Shown here piece after piece: positions 48,885-62,675 of a stretch of 64,000 nt of DNA (position 1 is its first letter; the number at the start of each line of letters is the position of its first letter). The DNA is taken from positions 134,288-198,287 of the forward strand of contig JAUCBJ010006695.1 in NCBI GenBank assembly GCA_032718475.1, given 5' to 3'. Made by a program: the position numbers and the translations under genes. The notes under the pieces are model-generated. The model saw only the letters and a list, made by a program, of their open reading frames with translations. It did no database searches and was not told the origin of the DNA. Origin of the DNA: Nemertoderma westbladi (Eukaryota; Animalia; Xenacoelomorpha).

Positions 48885-49029
48885 ACCGCAACCGTACCTG
48901 TACTGCTGTCCGCAACCGTACCTGTACTGCTGTCCGCAACCGTACCTGTACTGCTGTCCGCAACCGTACCTGTACTGCTGTCCGCAACCGTACCTGTACT
49001 GCTGTCCGCAACCGTACCTGTACTGCTGT
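48885..49029 (+). repeat. 24-bp perfect minisatellite (CCGCAACCGTACCTGTACTGCTGT) x6
   Basis: Tandem identical units with no spacers. Confidence 0.93.
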
Positions 49030-52000
49030 AGGTTACTGGTGCCGTCTTCAGGTCGTTAGCGCCACCCACCCATCGGCTCGGCAGCAGCAACCATGGAAGT
49101 TTTGATATTATGCGGACTTACAGACTTAACAGCTTAAGGAATGGTGCAAGTGGAAATGAAACGGACTGACAGATTCTCAGGTTGTACCAGCTGACCTTTA
49201 TTCCATGTTCCGGTACCCACTATGCACTAACTGCACTCACTTCCTATCACAGCAACGTGTTGGAATTGTACTTTAAACAACTCGCCATCAAGGCCACCAC
49301 CTCTGTCTGTCGCAGTGTCGTTGGCGACCTGGGCTTTTGGTGTATCGCTACTGCGCTAGCGCTACAGGTAAACTGGACAACCGAGGAGCTACAGTAGGAC
49401 TGGAGAATGCATGAAACTTTTTGAGAGTAGTTTGGCTGTGAACTTCTATGACATCGATGCCAAGCTGCCAATGCGAAAGTTTTTTAAAGTAATTCACTGC
49501 CATCACCCGGTGTCCGCCACGGCCGCACGTTTGCCTTGACACGTTTGCCTTGACATGTTGCCCTTGAGGCCTTGACACTGCTCCGTGCTTCCGGCTCGGC
49601 TGCTCGGGTGCAACAGCTGCACAGCCACACATTAACTCACGCTCATGTTTATTTTCACCCAAACTGCCAAATCCCTGCGGCGTATTCTGTCGAAGGGCGT
49701 TGAACTGCACCCGTAACGGTAGGCTGATGCCGGTACAGTACACAGAATCTATTCGAAGCAAGTGAAAGTCTTAAGTGAAGTGAGATCGGATGGATCATTC
49801 TATAGTTAAGTTATAGTGTTAGTGTCCAGCCAGCCAGTAGTGGTGTCTGCCTGTCACAGTGTCACCCACGTGGTAATAAAGACTTTGGTACATATTGACT
49901 GATATGATAGGGAGAAGGACAGGTGGGGAGGGGGGGGGGGGACTTTCGATGCAATAAAAAGTCATCCCTATCCAGGGGAAATCAATGCCAAACAGCTGAT
50001 TACTATATTTGTTATATTGACTTTAGTGGGGGCCCAAACCCTAATTAAGATTAGATCGATGTAATGTCATTGTATTGTTTTTTTTGTTATAGTATGTATA
50101 CTATAGGTCGTTAATAAATTAAAATATTTATTTATTTATTCTATTGTTGAATAAATATATTAGTTGAATAATAACTATATACGTCATTGTTTATAAAATA
50201 GCACTTTATTTATAGCGTTACGGCACGAGTGATTTTGAATAAAATGAAATTTTGTATTAACCTCGCTACGCTCGGGTAATAAAATATTGAGTCTAGTGAA
50301 AATAATGTTCTACATTATTTACCATGAAATAAATAATTATAAAGTGCTAATTATGAACAATGGCGAATCTAATTTTATTTATTTGTGGGGAATTATTTGT
50401 AATTATGCCATGAAACATTCTAGAGCAACGTAATAATGACGCGGTGACATACTGGAGCAATAGGCTGCCACTGGAGAGCCAAAGGCTCGACAGAGTCTTA
50501 TGAGGAATAAATAATGCAGCCTTTTTAACGGAACATGAGAAACCAACATAAACACCAAAGTAAAACCTCATAAGATAGCATTATGGTGTACCCCCTGTCA
50601 AGTAGGCACTTTGCTTTGATCTTTTTTAGGTCGATTTTTAAAGGATTTTTCCAGAAGAACGGCGAAAGCTAGAACGATTCTGCTTGCGCGATCTGGTAGA
50701 TGGCCCTAGCGCGATAGCTGGGAGTTTTTGTGGAAAAAATCTGTTAATTAATTAATTAGTAATTAGCGATTAAAGATTTCTAATTGATTTTTCTCGAAAA
50801 GTATTTGGTTTTTCCCCTAGCAACGGTGTTTTTTTTTGTTCATCTCGGTAAGATCTAAAAAAAGTTCAGTCATCGCTATGGCCCACCTATTACTGTTAAT
50901 TAGTACTAATTAGCCGAAAACTAATTAGCGTCGTAACTCGAAAACACTAAGAGCTATGAAAAAACGTAACATCACAAAGTTGTTCGGAATTTTATTCTAC
51001 ACAAAAAAGTCTTTGGCGCCGATGCGGTATCTCCTACCGTTAATTAGTAATTAACTAATTACTTAATTACCTAATTGGCGGGGGGGGGGGGCTTTGCCCC
51101 CCCGCCCCCCAAATCCTTATTCACAAGGTGTACCAAAGCGGTTTACTATTTTACAAATGATAATTACTCTAAAATCTTTTGAATCGAACTAATTAACGAT
51201 TTTACTAATTAGTAAAGTTTCCCAAATTAATTAATAATTTATCCAATCCGGCTGCATTATTAATACAGCTGATTCATCAGCCTGGTTTGATGAACTTGAT
51301 GAAATCATAAAGTCAGTAGTTGCTGTATGCCATTACTGACTAAAACTATATACCAAACACCTCTTGCCGGTAGCTTCCTCCACAGTCTGTAGTGAGCACC
51401 GGTGCAGGTATGGTAGGCCTACATGTAGGGCATATATAGTGGAGGTTCTTTTGGCAGATAGGCCTAGTCAAAACGTTACATCAGATGCCGTATTTTAGTC
51501 AAAACGTACCCTATCTTCATATAGTTGAGTATTGTGAATACAGGAATGTCCAAGTACTCCTGTACTTAGTATACCCATCTGCCCATGTACAGTAACTGGC
51601 TGACAGTTACCCTTAGTTTGTAGGCTATAGATGATTGACATTTCTAGCAATGTTCTTAACGTAGGCATTTTACTGGAAGTTATTAATACCATAGTTTACC
51701 CCAAAAAAACTAAAATTACCCAAATCGCACCAAATCAAAATAAATCTTATAACAGCAACACGGGCTATCTGACGATATGGATTAGATCAATGTAGCGGAT
51801 AGTGACCATTGAAGGGCTTCTTATGCATGCAAAGGAAAATATGATCAGACCCAAATCACACAGTCAGACCTGATCTTTTGCTGATCAAATACCGGTAGGT
51901 GACTTTGCTGATATGCAGTAACATTTTATGGTATAATTTGATGCGAAAATGTTTTGGCCAGTACTCTGAACCTTCCATTGGGGTCTCAGGTCACGCGCCT

Positions 52001-54289
52001 ACCGTGGTCACTGTATCTGGCACCTGATTGGCTCAAATATTCAAACGCTGAAAACTTACCTAGGCCTTGACAATTAGTGATAAGATTTTATGCGAATATG
52101 TTTTGGATGGTGTTCTGGATCTCGCGTTGAGGTCCCAAGTCACCCCCATACCGTGGTCATCAGATACGGCGCCTGATTGGCTAATTCTTTGAACGACGAT
52201 AACTCGAGTTTGCTTCACTTTGGGATGAAGTTTGAAAGCTAAGAATATTATCTGGAGTATGCCCTAACACACTGACGATGTTTTATAGCTGTTGGATTGT
52301 CGGGTTTTGCTACGTGGTCTATGATTGGTTAATTTTTTGAAAGGCTATATCTCAAGAAGTATTCACTTTGGAATGATGAAGTTTATTTTTAAATGTTCTC
52401 TAGAGTGTTTCCGATCCCACTAAAGACATCCAATTGCTGTATGACTACCGGTTTCACGCTTTTGATTGTTTGAATATGCATGAAAATTTTGCATATAATA
52501 TATCAAGAAGAATTAATTTTTGCACAAGGAAATAATACTTACAATGCTCTCTGACATGTCTGGTGTATTTTAAAATCACTGGGGTTGAACAATTGTAATT
52601 GGAATACACCTTCATGAGTTTTCTTTGTGATTTTAGAGCTTTAAAGGTTCAATATTAAATTTTGTATTAAATAATTATTTTTGTGTTATTTGTTAATATG
52701 AGTATATTTCTGTATTTGCTGGTATTATATTTTGGGTGTTTTCTTTTGTTATTAGTTTTGGTATTAATTATTTTTTATTAATCCAGGGAATATCCTTATT
52801 AACTCTGGGTCCTCACTCGTTAATTCAGGGACCACCCTCGATAGCTCTGGGTCCACCCTCCTTAATTGAAAACCACCTTTGTCAATTCAACAAATTTGAA
52901 TAATTTTTTTTTATTATAAGGTTTTCCAAGGTGCTGAATTAAAAGATTGAAAATGGTTTTAAATGGCCTGCTTTTATTGTAATTCCATTTCGTGTGATGT
53001 GTTTCGTGCCACAAATTTTTAAAGTATAAATAATATTCCCCCCCCCCCCCCCCCCAGCCCCACCAAAAAAAATGTTTCATTTAACATATATTTACAATAA
53101 CTAATTGTTGTGGAATACTGTATATATTATTATTGATGACTACTGATTCGTATGCATGGTTGAAAATTTTGCACATAATTTCAAGAAGAATTCACTTTAG
53201 TGCAAATAATTATAATTTATATAATGTTGTCTGGTATCTCTGGTGTGTTCCAAAAGACCTCCACTTCCACCACCTTATGGTTATATGTTACTTCCACAAA
53301 TAATAATACACAAGTATTATAAATTGGGGAGGGGGGGGGGGGGGGTTATGCGCCTGTCGATTTATACGAATCGACAGGCGCAACAAAAGTATTTGGAATA
53401 TTATGCCCATGTATACTTATATATATGTAAGCCTTCAAGTATAAACAAAACGGGACCTTAACAAAATCAAGGTAGGCATTTGTTATTTTCCATCAGCAAC
53501 ATGGGTTTTAACTTTTAACTTTACATGGCATTAATAATACTGTAATATTCTAGAACAATACCACATGGCCAACGCCGTCGGCCATGCGCTCGCACGGCGC
53601 AAATGCTCCATTTGCGCTCTCCACCTGGATGTAAACTGGAAATACATAGTAAATGTATGGCATAGGGACATACTGAGAAATAATGTCGCACTGCGATGTA
53701 ATGTTAGAAAATATGTCGCCCGGGCGAGTAGGCAGTGCGAAATTCATTCCATACAAATAAATGAAAAGGGATATGAATTTCATCAATATTAAAGTGATTA
53801 ATTAATTAAGTTCAAGTGTTCGGAACCCCATGCTCCATTATGAGAGAGAGGATAGCAGCCCATGACTTTCTTGGGAGGCCTCTTACTAAGGGCCGCTGGT
53901 CTTGAAGATGCGGATCATCTCGCGGGAGTAATGGAATTGTGGCCGCGCATTTTTGTCGATAAGCCGGCATAGCATTTTAATGCACAATTGTGGATTGCAT
54001 GGATTGCTTATTTTGGCTCTCGTGCTGCCGAAGGCCCAACAACGTTGTCTTTAGTGTCCACCTCAAATAGATCAACATTATCGGCTGCTTTAATTTTTAC
54101 CCCTCCCGATGATACAGTAGAAGTATCTTTGGTCCCATTCCTCTAATTCAAACTCATTACAAAGATTCACGCCCTCCTTTACATTTGCAATCGCCTTTAA
54201 GATTAATAATCTAGAAGAACAACAAACATACAACCCTGAAATCCTATAATAATTAATATAATATACGTATATATATATATATAACTGGA

Positions 54290-54574
54290 TATATTTGTAA
54301 GCATAAAATAATAAATAAATAAAATATTATTTTAAATAAACCTAGATCGACCTCAGAAAAAATTAATATATTACTTTATATACACCTTTATCTACATATA
54401 TTACATTTATCTTTATTACATAAGTAATGATTGTATATTTATTATATTATATTTTTCGCGTGCATTATTTACTGCTCATATAAGATAAAGTAATATATGC
54501 ATTTTTTCTGAGGTCGATCTAGGTTTATTTAAAATAATATTATATTTATTTATTATTTTATGCTTACAAATATA
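54290..54574. repeat. MITE-like inverted repeat
   Basis: tttgtaagcataaaa...cctagatcgacctcagaaaa pairs with ttttctgaggtcgatctagg...ttttatgcttacaaa. Confidence 0.8.
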
Positions 54575-54676
54575 TATACACTAAACCGGATCCCTTATCC
54601 CATGGCGGTTTCTTATATATTCAAGTAATATACCTTCCTACAATAATTTATATATAACTGGATATATACGTATATA

Positions 54677-55324
54677 TAAGAATAGTGGTGTTTTGAAAAA
54701 CAACTGACGTTCAATCACTTAAAAATTTTTTTCTATTTTATCTATTTCTATTTTCTTTTCTTTATCTTTTTCAATCAAATAGGGGATACTGTATTTTACA
54801 AAAATTGGAGACTTCGGTGTGTAAAGTATCTACTGTCGTAGTTACATTTTTGCATATGTGTTTCGCCGGGATTTTGCTCATCAGCTACACTAACCCGTGC
54901 AGAAAAATGAGTGAACGCTTCATGATTTTGCGTGTCATCCTTGCGCAGTTTATTGTTTATAATAACTGTGGGAGAATGGGGATTTCACCTCGGTTATCCA
55001 ATGTAGTGTAGTGTTGATTTTTAAGGAAATGATTGCTTATTTGATCTGGAATGCAATGCTATTTTGTTTGCATTTGTGTGTTGCAGGTTTTAGGTGTAGT
55101 TAGTTTGATTAACATGTGTCCTGCACGGGTTAGTGTAGCTGATGAGCGCCGGCGGCGAAGCACATAATGTCACACATGTAGAGACTTTTCACACCGAGGT
55201 CTCTAATTTTTTGTAAAATATCGCCTATTCGAATAAGATAAAGATATTTATCGAAAGCTCAATAAAAAAAAACATTTTTTAAGTGATTGAACGTCAGTTG
55301 ATTTTCAAAGCACAAATATTCTTT
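54677..55324. mobile_element. MITE-like element with long imperfect TIRs
   Basis: caactgacgttcaatcacttaaaaa / tttttaagtgattgaacgtcagttg and gctcatcagctacactaacccgtgcag / ctgcacgggttagtgtagctgatgagc. Confidence 0.75.
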
Positions 55325-55852
55325 ATTGCAGTTAACTGGCTCTCGCACCCTACAGTTATACTTTTTTATTATTAATATTCTACGTATATATTTATTTATA
55401 AAGTTGTAAATAAAGTTGAATAATGTAGTTTAATTAACGATCTGGTTATGCATTTCGTAAAACTCTTCAGAATGAGTGACACTCATTTAATGATTATTTG
55501 TTACTATAGATTTCCCCATACTTGTAATTTTTCATATATTTAGTACAGTGGAATTATTTAACCTATGTTCTGAAGAGTTTTACGAATTGCAATGCCAGCA
55601 GGTCAAACTGACATTATTCAAATGTATTTTCAACATTCCGAAGATTAGCCAGAACCACTATTGATTTAAAATTATTATAATTATTTATATATATATATAC
55701 ATATATAAATAATTATATTATTTTTGCCTGAATAAAAAGTTCTCACGTCACAAATGTCAATTTTTTAAAATTTTGAAAAATAACAATGATGACGTCATAC
55801 ATTTTGACTGACTGCTACAATGTTAGCTACAATGTCCCACAAACAGAAATAC

Positions 55853-57213
55853 GGATAGGTCTAATTAAGGACAATACTGTTGTATTGAGGACAACAGTCA
55901 AAAAGACATACCAACAGTCAGAAAAACTCACCAACAGTCAGAAAACAGTCCCAGATAGTCTACCAACAGTTAAGAGATTCAAAAAAATTCCGATTATCTA
56001 AATGGGGCTCCTTAAATTCGAAATAATCAAAATCATATCAGATGATATCCGTAACTAAGGAAATTACTTTATTCTGTACTATACAGCAGTAGGCCTAGGC
56101 CTACCGAACCGATACACTTGTCTGGTTGTTATCACAGTATTACAGTATTATTACTGTATTATGGAATCCGGGAACGGCAAGGACAACAGGACGACGTTGG
56201 TCTAGATTAGTTTGCGGTACCGACACAAGTCAACACACTGACCCATTTCTAAATTTTTTAAATATGTCAATCCCTCTGCCTCATTCCACCTGTATTTTAA
56301 TCGTTCACCAATCCGTTCTGTTTGTATTTTAAATAATATTCATCGCCCGCTGTATTTTGAATTTCACTGGGACCCTTATGGAAACGCGGTTCACCGCATA
56401 AGGCTATCCCTCCATTTTAACGTTTGCAATTGGTACAGCTCATTAAGACTATTTTTAAACTTTTAATTAGGTAATCATAAATCGTGCTGATTAGACAAGC
56501 CTGATATCATAGACGTTCACTACACAGCTACACTATTTTCAGTTACATTTTTATTTACTTTCAGTTTGATCAGTAGGCCCTATCTATTACTTAATTAATT
56601 AAATACAGTAGTAACTACACGTCCATTATACACTATTATATATTATTTACCAGTTCCTTATTTCAGTGTTTAATATGTAAATTGTTTTATATTGTTAATC
56701 TGGAAAAAAATATCAATCAATCAATCAATAACGGATAAAGCGCTTTGGGAGCGAATACATTTCTGTGGGATACATTTCCGCATATTATCCAAGTTGATGG
56801 CGATAACCTTCCTATCAGTTGAAATACAGTGTCACAACATATTGCACAATGTTTGAATGTGTTGACTTGTGTCGGTACCGCAAGCTAAACTAGACCAACG
56901 TCCTTGCCGTTCCCGTTCCCGGATCCCATAGCCTAATACTGTGTTAACAACTGTATCAGTTCGGTAGGCCAACTGCAGTACAGTACAGAATGACGTACCG
57001 GTAATTTCCTTTTACGGATATCAGCTGATATGATTTTGATTATTTCGAATTTAAGGAACCCCATTTAGATAATCGGAATTTTTTTGAATCCCTTGACTGT
57101 TGGTAGACTATCTGGGACTGTTTTCTGACTGTTGGTGGGTTTTTCTGACTGTTGGTAGGTCTTTTTGACTGTTGTCCTCAATACAACAGTATTGCCCTTA
57201 ATTAGACCTATCC
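55853..57213. mobile_element. Non-autonomous Mutator (MULE)-like element, ~380-bp TIRs, 9-bp TSD
   Basis: GGATAGGTCTAATTAAGG...CCTTAATTAGACCTATCC flanked by CAGAAATAC at 55844-55852 and 57214-57222. Confidence 0.88.
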
Positions 57214-57552
57214 CAGAAATACGTTTTCATTGTTAGTAAGTTAAAGACACTGTAATTAAACCACTATATCCTTAAATCTAAGAAAGATATTGAAACCGTT
57301 TGAAGTATTTAAATTCACCAATAAAGTTTGCCTATCACACTTTTGACTCACGGTGTTGCTTGCTGCCCCAATTTCCAATTGGAATTTCCCATGGTGGCAC
57401 TAACAACTGTTCTAAGTCTGACAACTGCTAAGTCTGACAACTGCTAAGTCTAACAACTGTTAACACTGTTCCATCATTCCCTATCCTAAAAATCTAGTTA
57501 TTTCCTCTGTTTTCTGTTTACATGTCATCTACATTTGTACAGTAGGATTACA

Positions 57553-59192
57553 TTATCCTACGATATTTGCTTTCACTTTATATCTAATCTTATGTTGTGA
57601 GTTTTTCCGTACTAGCATTAAACGATGATGAGTGTTTCCCGTGATGTGCCTTGCAATGCGTCCAGGACATATATTATCAATAATCATTTCACGAATAGTT
57701 GGTTCCCAGATAATAAGAATAACTGGGTCCAGCAGACAATTGAGTTTACATACACAATTCGCGGTTACTAAGACTGCTCTTATAGTATCCGAACATATAT
57801 CCAAAGTTTCACTGTCGTAAAGAATCTGCATAAAAGATGGAATAACCCAGCAAATTATGTTGACAAGAGTTATAAGTAAAACAGGACGAGCGTATCTCAT
57901 CTCGATCAATAACGTTGAAATAATTGAATTCTTCCTTCCTTCTCGATTTGGAATCCCGTTGACGTGGTATATCTTTTCCTAAAACAAAAATTGTGAACAA
58001 TTTAATTTTTCGTAGATAATTGTAATTTGATGTGTAATTTTGGGTACTTTTGGGATTGCGATTTATTGTTATTTATTGTGACTTGACAGACCGGTATCAA
58101 AATTCGTTACTATCAATTAATCATTGGCGTCATAGAGAGGCCAAATAATATGCTATCGTATGCAAAACCAAATTCAGGGTGGGCAGACAATTTACTTGTG
58201 ATAAGTAATGCGTTCTTTGCGATAATTTTTTGTTGAATGCACCAGATTTTCTACGAAACATACTGTATGAGGTTTCTGTTGAAACACGACTGCCTTACAC
58301 TGTAATCATACAGCCATTGAAACTGTCTACCGAATGAGTTAGGAATGGACCCAGCTGGCCTGGCTACCTACCACTAAGTTTAGTAATTAATTTACCAATA
58401 AAATTATATAGTCTAAGTAACTTGAACTTAATATGACTACAGTACAGTTACGGTCTCTCGCAATGTAATATTATAAAGTGCTTATTTGTTACAACAACTT
58501 ACATTTGATGTCTCTTTTGGTTTCAAATTCGATATTGCTTTAAATATTCGAAAATATATTCCAATGGACAATAATATAGAAGTAATAGAGACACATAGCC
58601 AAATATTAATGTGGACAATGGTAATAATAGACCAAATCGACTTCTTCATATTCACTTGATTTCTTACTGTTTCATTCATATTACAATATCTTTCTTCAGT
58701 AAATGTTTTGGGGTCTTCATTAGCCTTTTGTGTTGCGTAATATTGCAATAAAGAACACAAAACTCCGTCGGTAACAGCTATGATCCATAATACAACAAGC
58801 GAGTTACGAACCGTCGAGTGCGTCACAATAAGGTGATAACGAAACGGTTTAATTATATACATATATCTGTCAAAAGCTACAAATAGTATGCTTATGACAC
58901 TCCCTATCTGGTTGCATTGTAACAGAAACCATTGCAACCCTATAATTATCTGCACGGCTAACGCATCTTTATTATCTTTCTCAAAGTAATAATTAATGTA
59001 TAATGAGACATATAAACCACAAAGTATATCGCTGAATAGTAGACTTAATATAAAACTGTCTCTAAGTTCCCAACATTTCCGTCTTTTGATCAACATCAAG
59101 GCCATAATGAAACTGCAAGTTATAATACCCGATATGCCTATTGAAATTGTAATTGGAACAGCTGTATGCCAAACTTTTATGTCCGCCGCCAT
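57553..59192 (-). CDS. Class A (rhodopsin-like) GPCR, two exons 59192-58503 and 57978-57553, ~371 aa
   Basis: LLFSD (TM2), AFDRY...PFRY (TM3), ICWVIP (TM6), NCLLDPVI (TM7); GTAAGT donor at 58502 and ttttgttttAG acceptor at 57979 join the two ORFs in phase 0. Confidence 0.88.
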
Positions 59193-59299
59193 ATTTTATT
59201 ATCAAACAATGTCGTTGTTAAGACTTATCTTTCTTTAGCAAAAAATTATTTGCAAATGTGAAACGGTTTTAAAATATCGATAACGGCCAACAATAACTA

Positions 59300-59378
59300 A
59301 TAACTAGGGGCTGTAACACTAGGGGCGGTAACACTAGGGGCTGTAACACTAGGGGCTGTAACACTAGGGGCGATAACT
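59300..59378 (+). repeat. 15-bp minisatellite (ACTAGGGGCTGTAAC) x5, just upstream of the GPCR start
   Basis: Tandem units visible. Confidence 0.85.
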
Positions 59379-59799
59379 CTTAAAAGTATCTCATATTTTC
59401 GATCCAATTTTCGATGTCCTGTCCGTATAAATATATAACGGGGAATTAAAAACGACTTCGATTAATTGCTTTGTAAACATAATAATAATAAAAGAATAGT
59501 ATGTTGAACAAGCGACGAAGTAACGACCTATAATCTTTGGTTCAACCGATGTCTGTCTGTCTGTCATTCGGTCGATCTGTTGTCTGTCTACCAGTTGGTC
59601 TGTCTGTCGGTGAATATCTGTCTGTCAGTCTATATGTCTGTGTCGGGGGGATGTAGGGGGGTGGGGGGTTACAACAGTTACACCAATAATATATTTATTT
59701 TTTTTTATTTAAATTATTTTAGGTTTATTTTCTGCAGAAGTCGGGCCAGTGATCCAATGAAAACTTATATATTTATTGTTGAAGGGTGCAGACACGTTA

Positions 59800-60110
59800 A
59801 ATAACGTATTAAATAAAATTAAACTAATATATAGTATTAAATGTTATATGGATTCCAGTAGGTGCCTTTTGAGATGCTTGGAAAATATTTGTTTTGATTT
59901 TTTCATTTTGATTTCTAGAGGGATAGAATTCCACACAAGAGGGCCTCGAAAACTCATAGTTTGTTGACTTGAAACTAATCTTACAAAAGGAGTGTAATAA
60001 TTACTAGCAGCTACAGATCGAGTATTATAGTTATGGATAGAAGACGTTAAATTAAATAGGTTTAGAGTAGACGGAGGCAAATCAATAAGTTTATAATGTA
60101 ATTCGTACAT
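59800..60110 (-). mobile_element. CR1/L2-like LINE 3' fragment
   Basis: HNYNTRS...FRGPLVWNSIP...FSKHLK is typical of L2/CR1 ORF2 C-termini. Confidence 0.7.
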
Positions 60111-60195
60111 GAACAGACCACATTGTGACGATAAAGTTGATCTAATGGAAGGATACGTAACTTTTTGTAAATTAGTAAAGAGGATGAGCGGTAGT

Positions 60196-60338
60196 CAGGT
60201 ACCACCGGCACCAGGTACTACCCGGCACCAGGTACCACCCGGCACCAGGTACCATCCTGCACCAGATACTATCTGGCACCAGGTACCACCCGGCACCAGG
60301 TACCACCCGCCACCAGGTATTATCCGGCACCAGGTAAT
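60196..60338 (+). repeat. ~18-bp minisatellite (CCGGCACCAGGTACCACC-like)
   Basis: About 7 degenerate units. Confidence 0.85.
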
Positions 60339-61119
60339 ACCGTAGTATTGAGTGCCTAGGGAACACGCGTACTACCGCAATATATTTTTGAGGTATTATT
60401 AGCTGCCTGTTACACCGGTACAGTATGCATTATAGGTTAGATAAAAGGTCCCCATCGTATTAACTAAGTTAGTATGCAGGTAAAGTGAAAGAATTCAAAA
60501 CAAAAACAATGTTGCAATATATAATATAACATATTATTGCAATTAAATTACCGAACATTGATTTTAGTAATAAATTGTCGGCCACTGGGTATCGCTCTTT
60601 GAATGACAATACAGCTGCGGTTTAATATTCCGTGGACATTTATTCGTCGTAAACCGTCGCCTTTCATTGATAAAGTACATACTATTACACTTCAATGAAA
60701 TGATTCACCATTACCACATACTATTGCGAAAGCGTAAATCAATCATCGACCACAACTTGCTTTCTCGTATAAACAAGAAGCCACTGATGCGAAGTTATTC
60801 TACAGTATGTCAATACTCAGTATATACAGGAGGGGCGTCGCAGCCACCTCTGGGACCCATGTGCGGCAGGGCCAATGTGGGCACAGACCATTTTCCCAAC
60901 GACGTAGATTACATGTTCATCGAAAAAATAAAGAAAAAATATAATAATAAAATATAAGATTAATAAATTCGACAATTAATTATTGTATTGCAACTGTGAA
61001 CATGATAATATTTTGAGGCATCGTAAATGCACAAGAACAGTGATTAATTAGAACCACCGCAATAATTCCAAATGCTGGATTCTTGCGCCCCCCTCCCCAG
61101 ATTTATATATTACTGACGG

Positions 61120-61277
61120 TGTAACAGGCTGAGATAACTCCCCACCAAAATGACTCCCCAGTGTTCTCAGCCTAGGCTGAGAACACTCCCCAGATTTATC
61201 CCTAGATTTCTTAATTAACGGAAAGGAGCAGGTTACTGGGGAGTCATTTCAAGAGGGAGTTATCTCAGCCTTGTACA
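61120..61277. mobile_element. Small MITE-like element
   Basis: aggctgagataactccc...aaatgactccccagt / actggggagtcatttc...gggagttatctcagcct. Confidence 0.7.
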
Positions 61278-61974
61278 ATGTACAACGGCCATTCCAGTGA
61301 CAATGGGCTAGCGCGGAAAGGTCATTTTCAAGGTTTAACCATTTCCACCCTGAATTATGTTCCACGCCAATCAAAAATATTTCAAATGCATTTCTGTACT
61401 AAATAGGTAATAATTAGAAAACAAATTAAAAAAAATCATTTTTTACGGAATGCCAGACTGTATACAATTTTTATACATTAGTTGTTGAACTCATGAATAC
61501 ACCATGTCCTGGAATATAGTGTCGTTATTCTGGTACATGACCCCCCCCCCCCCCCCCCCCTCAAATTGTTCTACAAATCTTAATGAGATTGCATGAAATT
61601 TGAAACAGAGATAGTTTCACCTCCCGACCACTGACTGGGTGAGCCAGAATTTTTATTTTCGCTTTCTATTCTTTAGCTACAAGTTTTTGAAAATAGTGTC
61701 TCCGGCGGAATTGCACCAGTTAGACCACAGTTATTCTTCAACCTTATTATGATTTGTTAGTACTAATTTAAAGCTAGTCGTGCAAGGATTCCAAAAATGT
61801 AAAAACATTTGAATTTGGTAGAGAAATAGCTGAGATATGGGCGTTCGAAAGTTGCATGTATTTGCTTCCCCTGCACGCCATTTATTCTATTTAATAAATA
61901 CATCATATTCTGGAACATTTTGTTTATCCCGTACGTAGCTGGGCAACAATGCAATGCTTCTTTAAACATACTAT

Positions 61975-62148
61975 TATATACCATACTATACTATATATAT
62001 ATATACTATACCATATATACTATATATATATATACTATACCATATATACTATATATATATATACTATACCATATATACTATATATATATATACTATACCA
62101 TATATACTATATATATATATACTATACCATATATACTATATATATATG
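61975..62148 (+). repeat. 29-bp AT-rich minisatellite (TATATATATATATACTATACCATATATAC-like)
   Basis: About 5-6 tandem units. Confidence 0.88.
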
Positions 62149-62191
62149 TTATACTTCTTAAAATATTTAAGTACCTATGTAGAAAGAAACA

Positions 62192-62675
62192 ATGAGTGCT
62201 GGCAGCAGTAGCAGTACTGATACACCATGGCCGGAAAGTATCACAAAAAACGCACTGAAAAAAAAGCGAGATTAAGGAATATCGAGACGAATCTCTTAGT
62301 ACAGATTCCGATTCGGACAACCGAAAGGATGGAAGAAGAACCCACCGAAACAGAAAACATTTCGCGCATAAAATAGCGCTAAGGAAAGGCGAAATCGAGG
62401 ACGAATCACCAGCAGACGAGGCGTCAGCTACGTGATCGGAGAATGAGACGCCAACTCTATTCAAAATCGATAAGAATAGATTCGCTTCGGTCCGTGAAGA
62501 TATCAACGAAAATATATCCATTGATATCTCGGAATATCGCGTACGGAACGGTAAGCCATGGGGGAAGATTTCAAGAAAAATGAGGGGCATAGAGTTGACG
62601 TTAGGTCAATGGGAACGTCTTAAAAGCAACATTAAAAATATCGATAGGGAAATACGAAAAATACGAAACAAGTAG
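62192..62675 (+). pseudogene. PC4/SUB1-like ssDNA-binding protein, disrupted
   Basis: 62460-62675 translates FKIDKNRFASVREDINENISIDISEYRVRNGKPWGKISRKMRGIELTLGQWERLKSNIKNIDREIRKIRNK*, matching the PC4 core pattern; upstream STDSDSD acidic tract; TGA at 62433 and a frameshift in an A8 run near 62260. Confidence 0.8.

Noticed and set aside
48885-49029. CRISPR-like array (also 43595-43740 and 2712-2887)
   Set aside because: Units are directly tandem with no unique spacers, no cas genes, eukaryotic context
50590-52700. Probable further DNA-transposon remnants (taattag- and gattgg-rich), also 63260-64000
   Set aside because: Could not define both termini or a TSD by eye
62093-62590. 165-aa minus-strand ORF
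   Set aside because: Antisense shadow of the PC4-like frame running into a minisatellite
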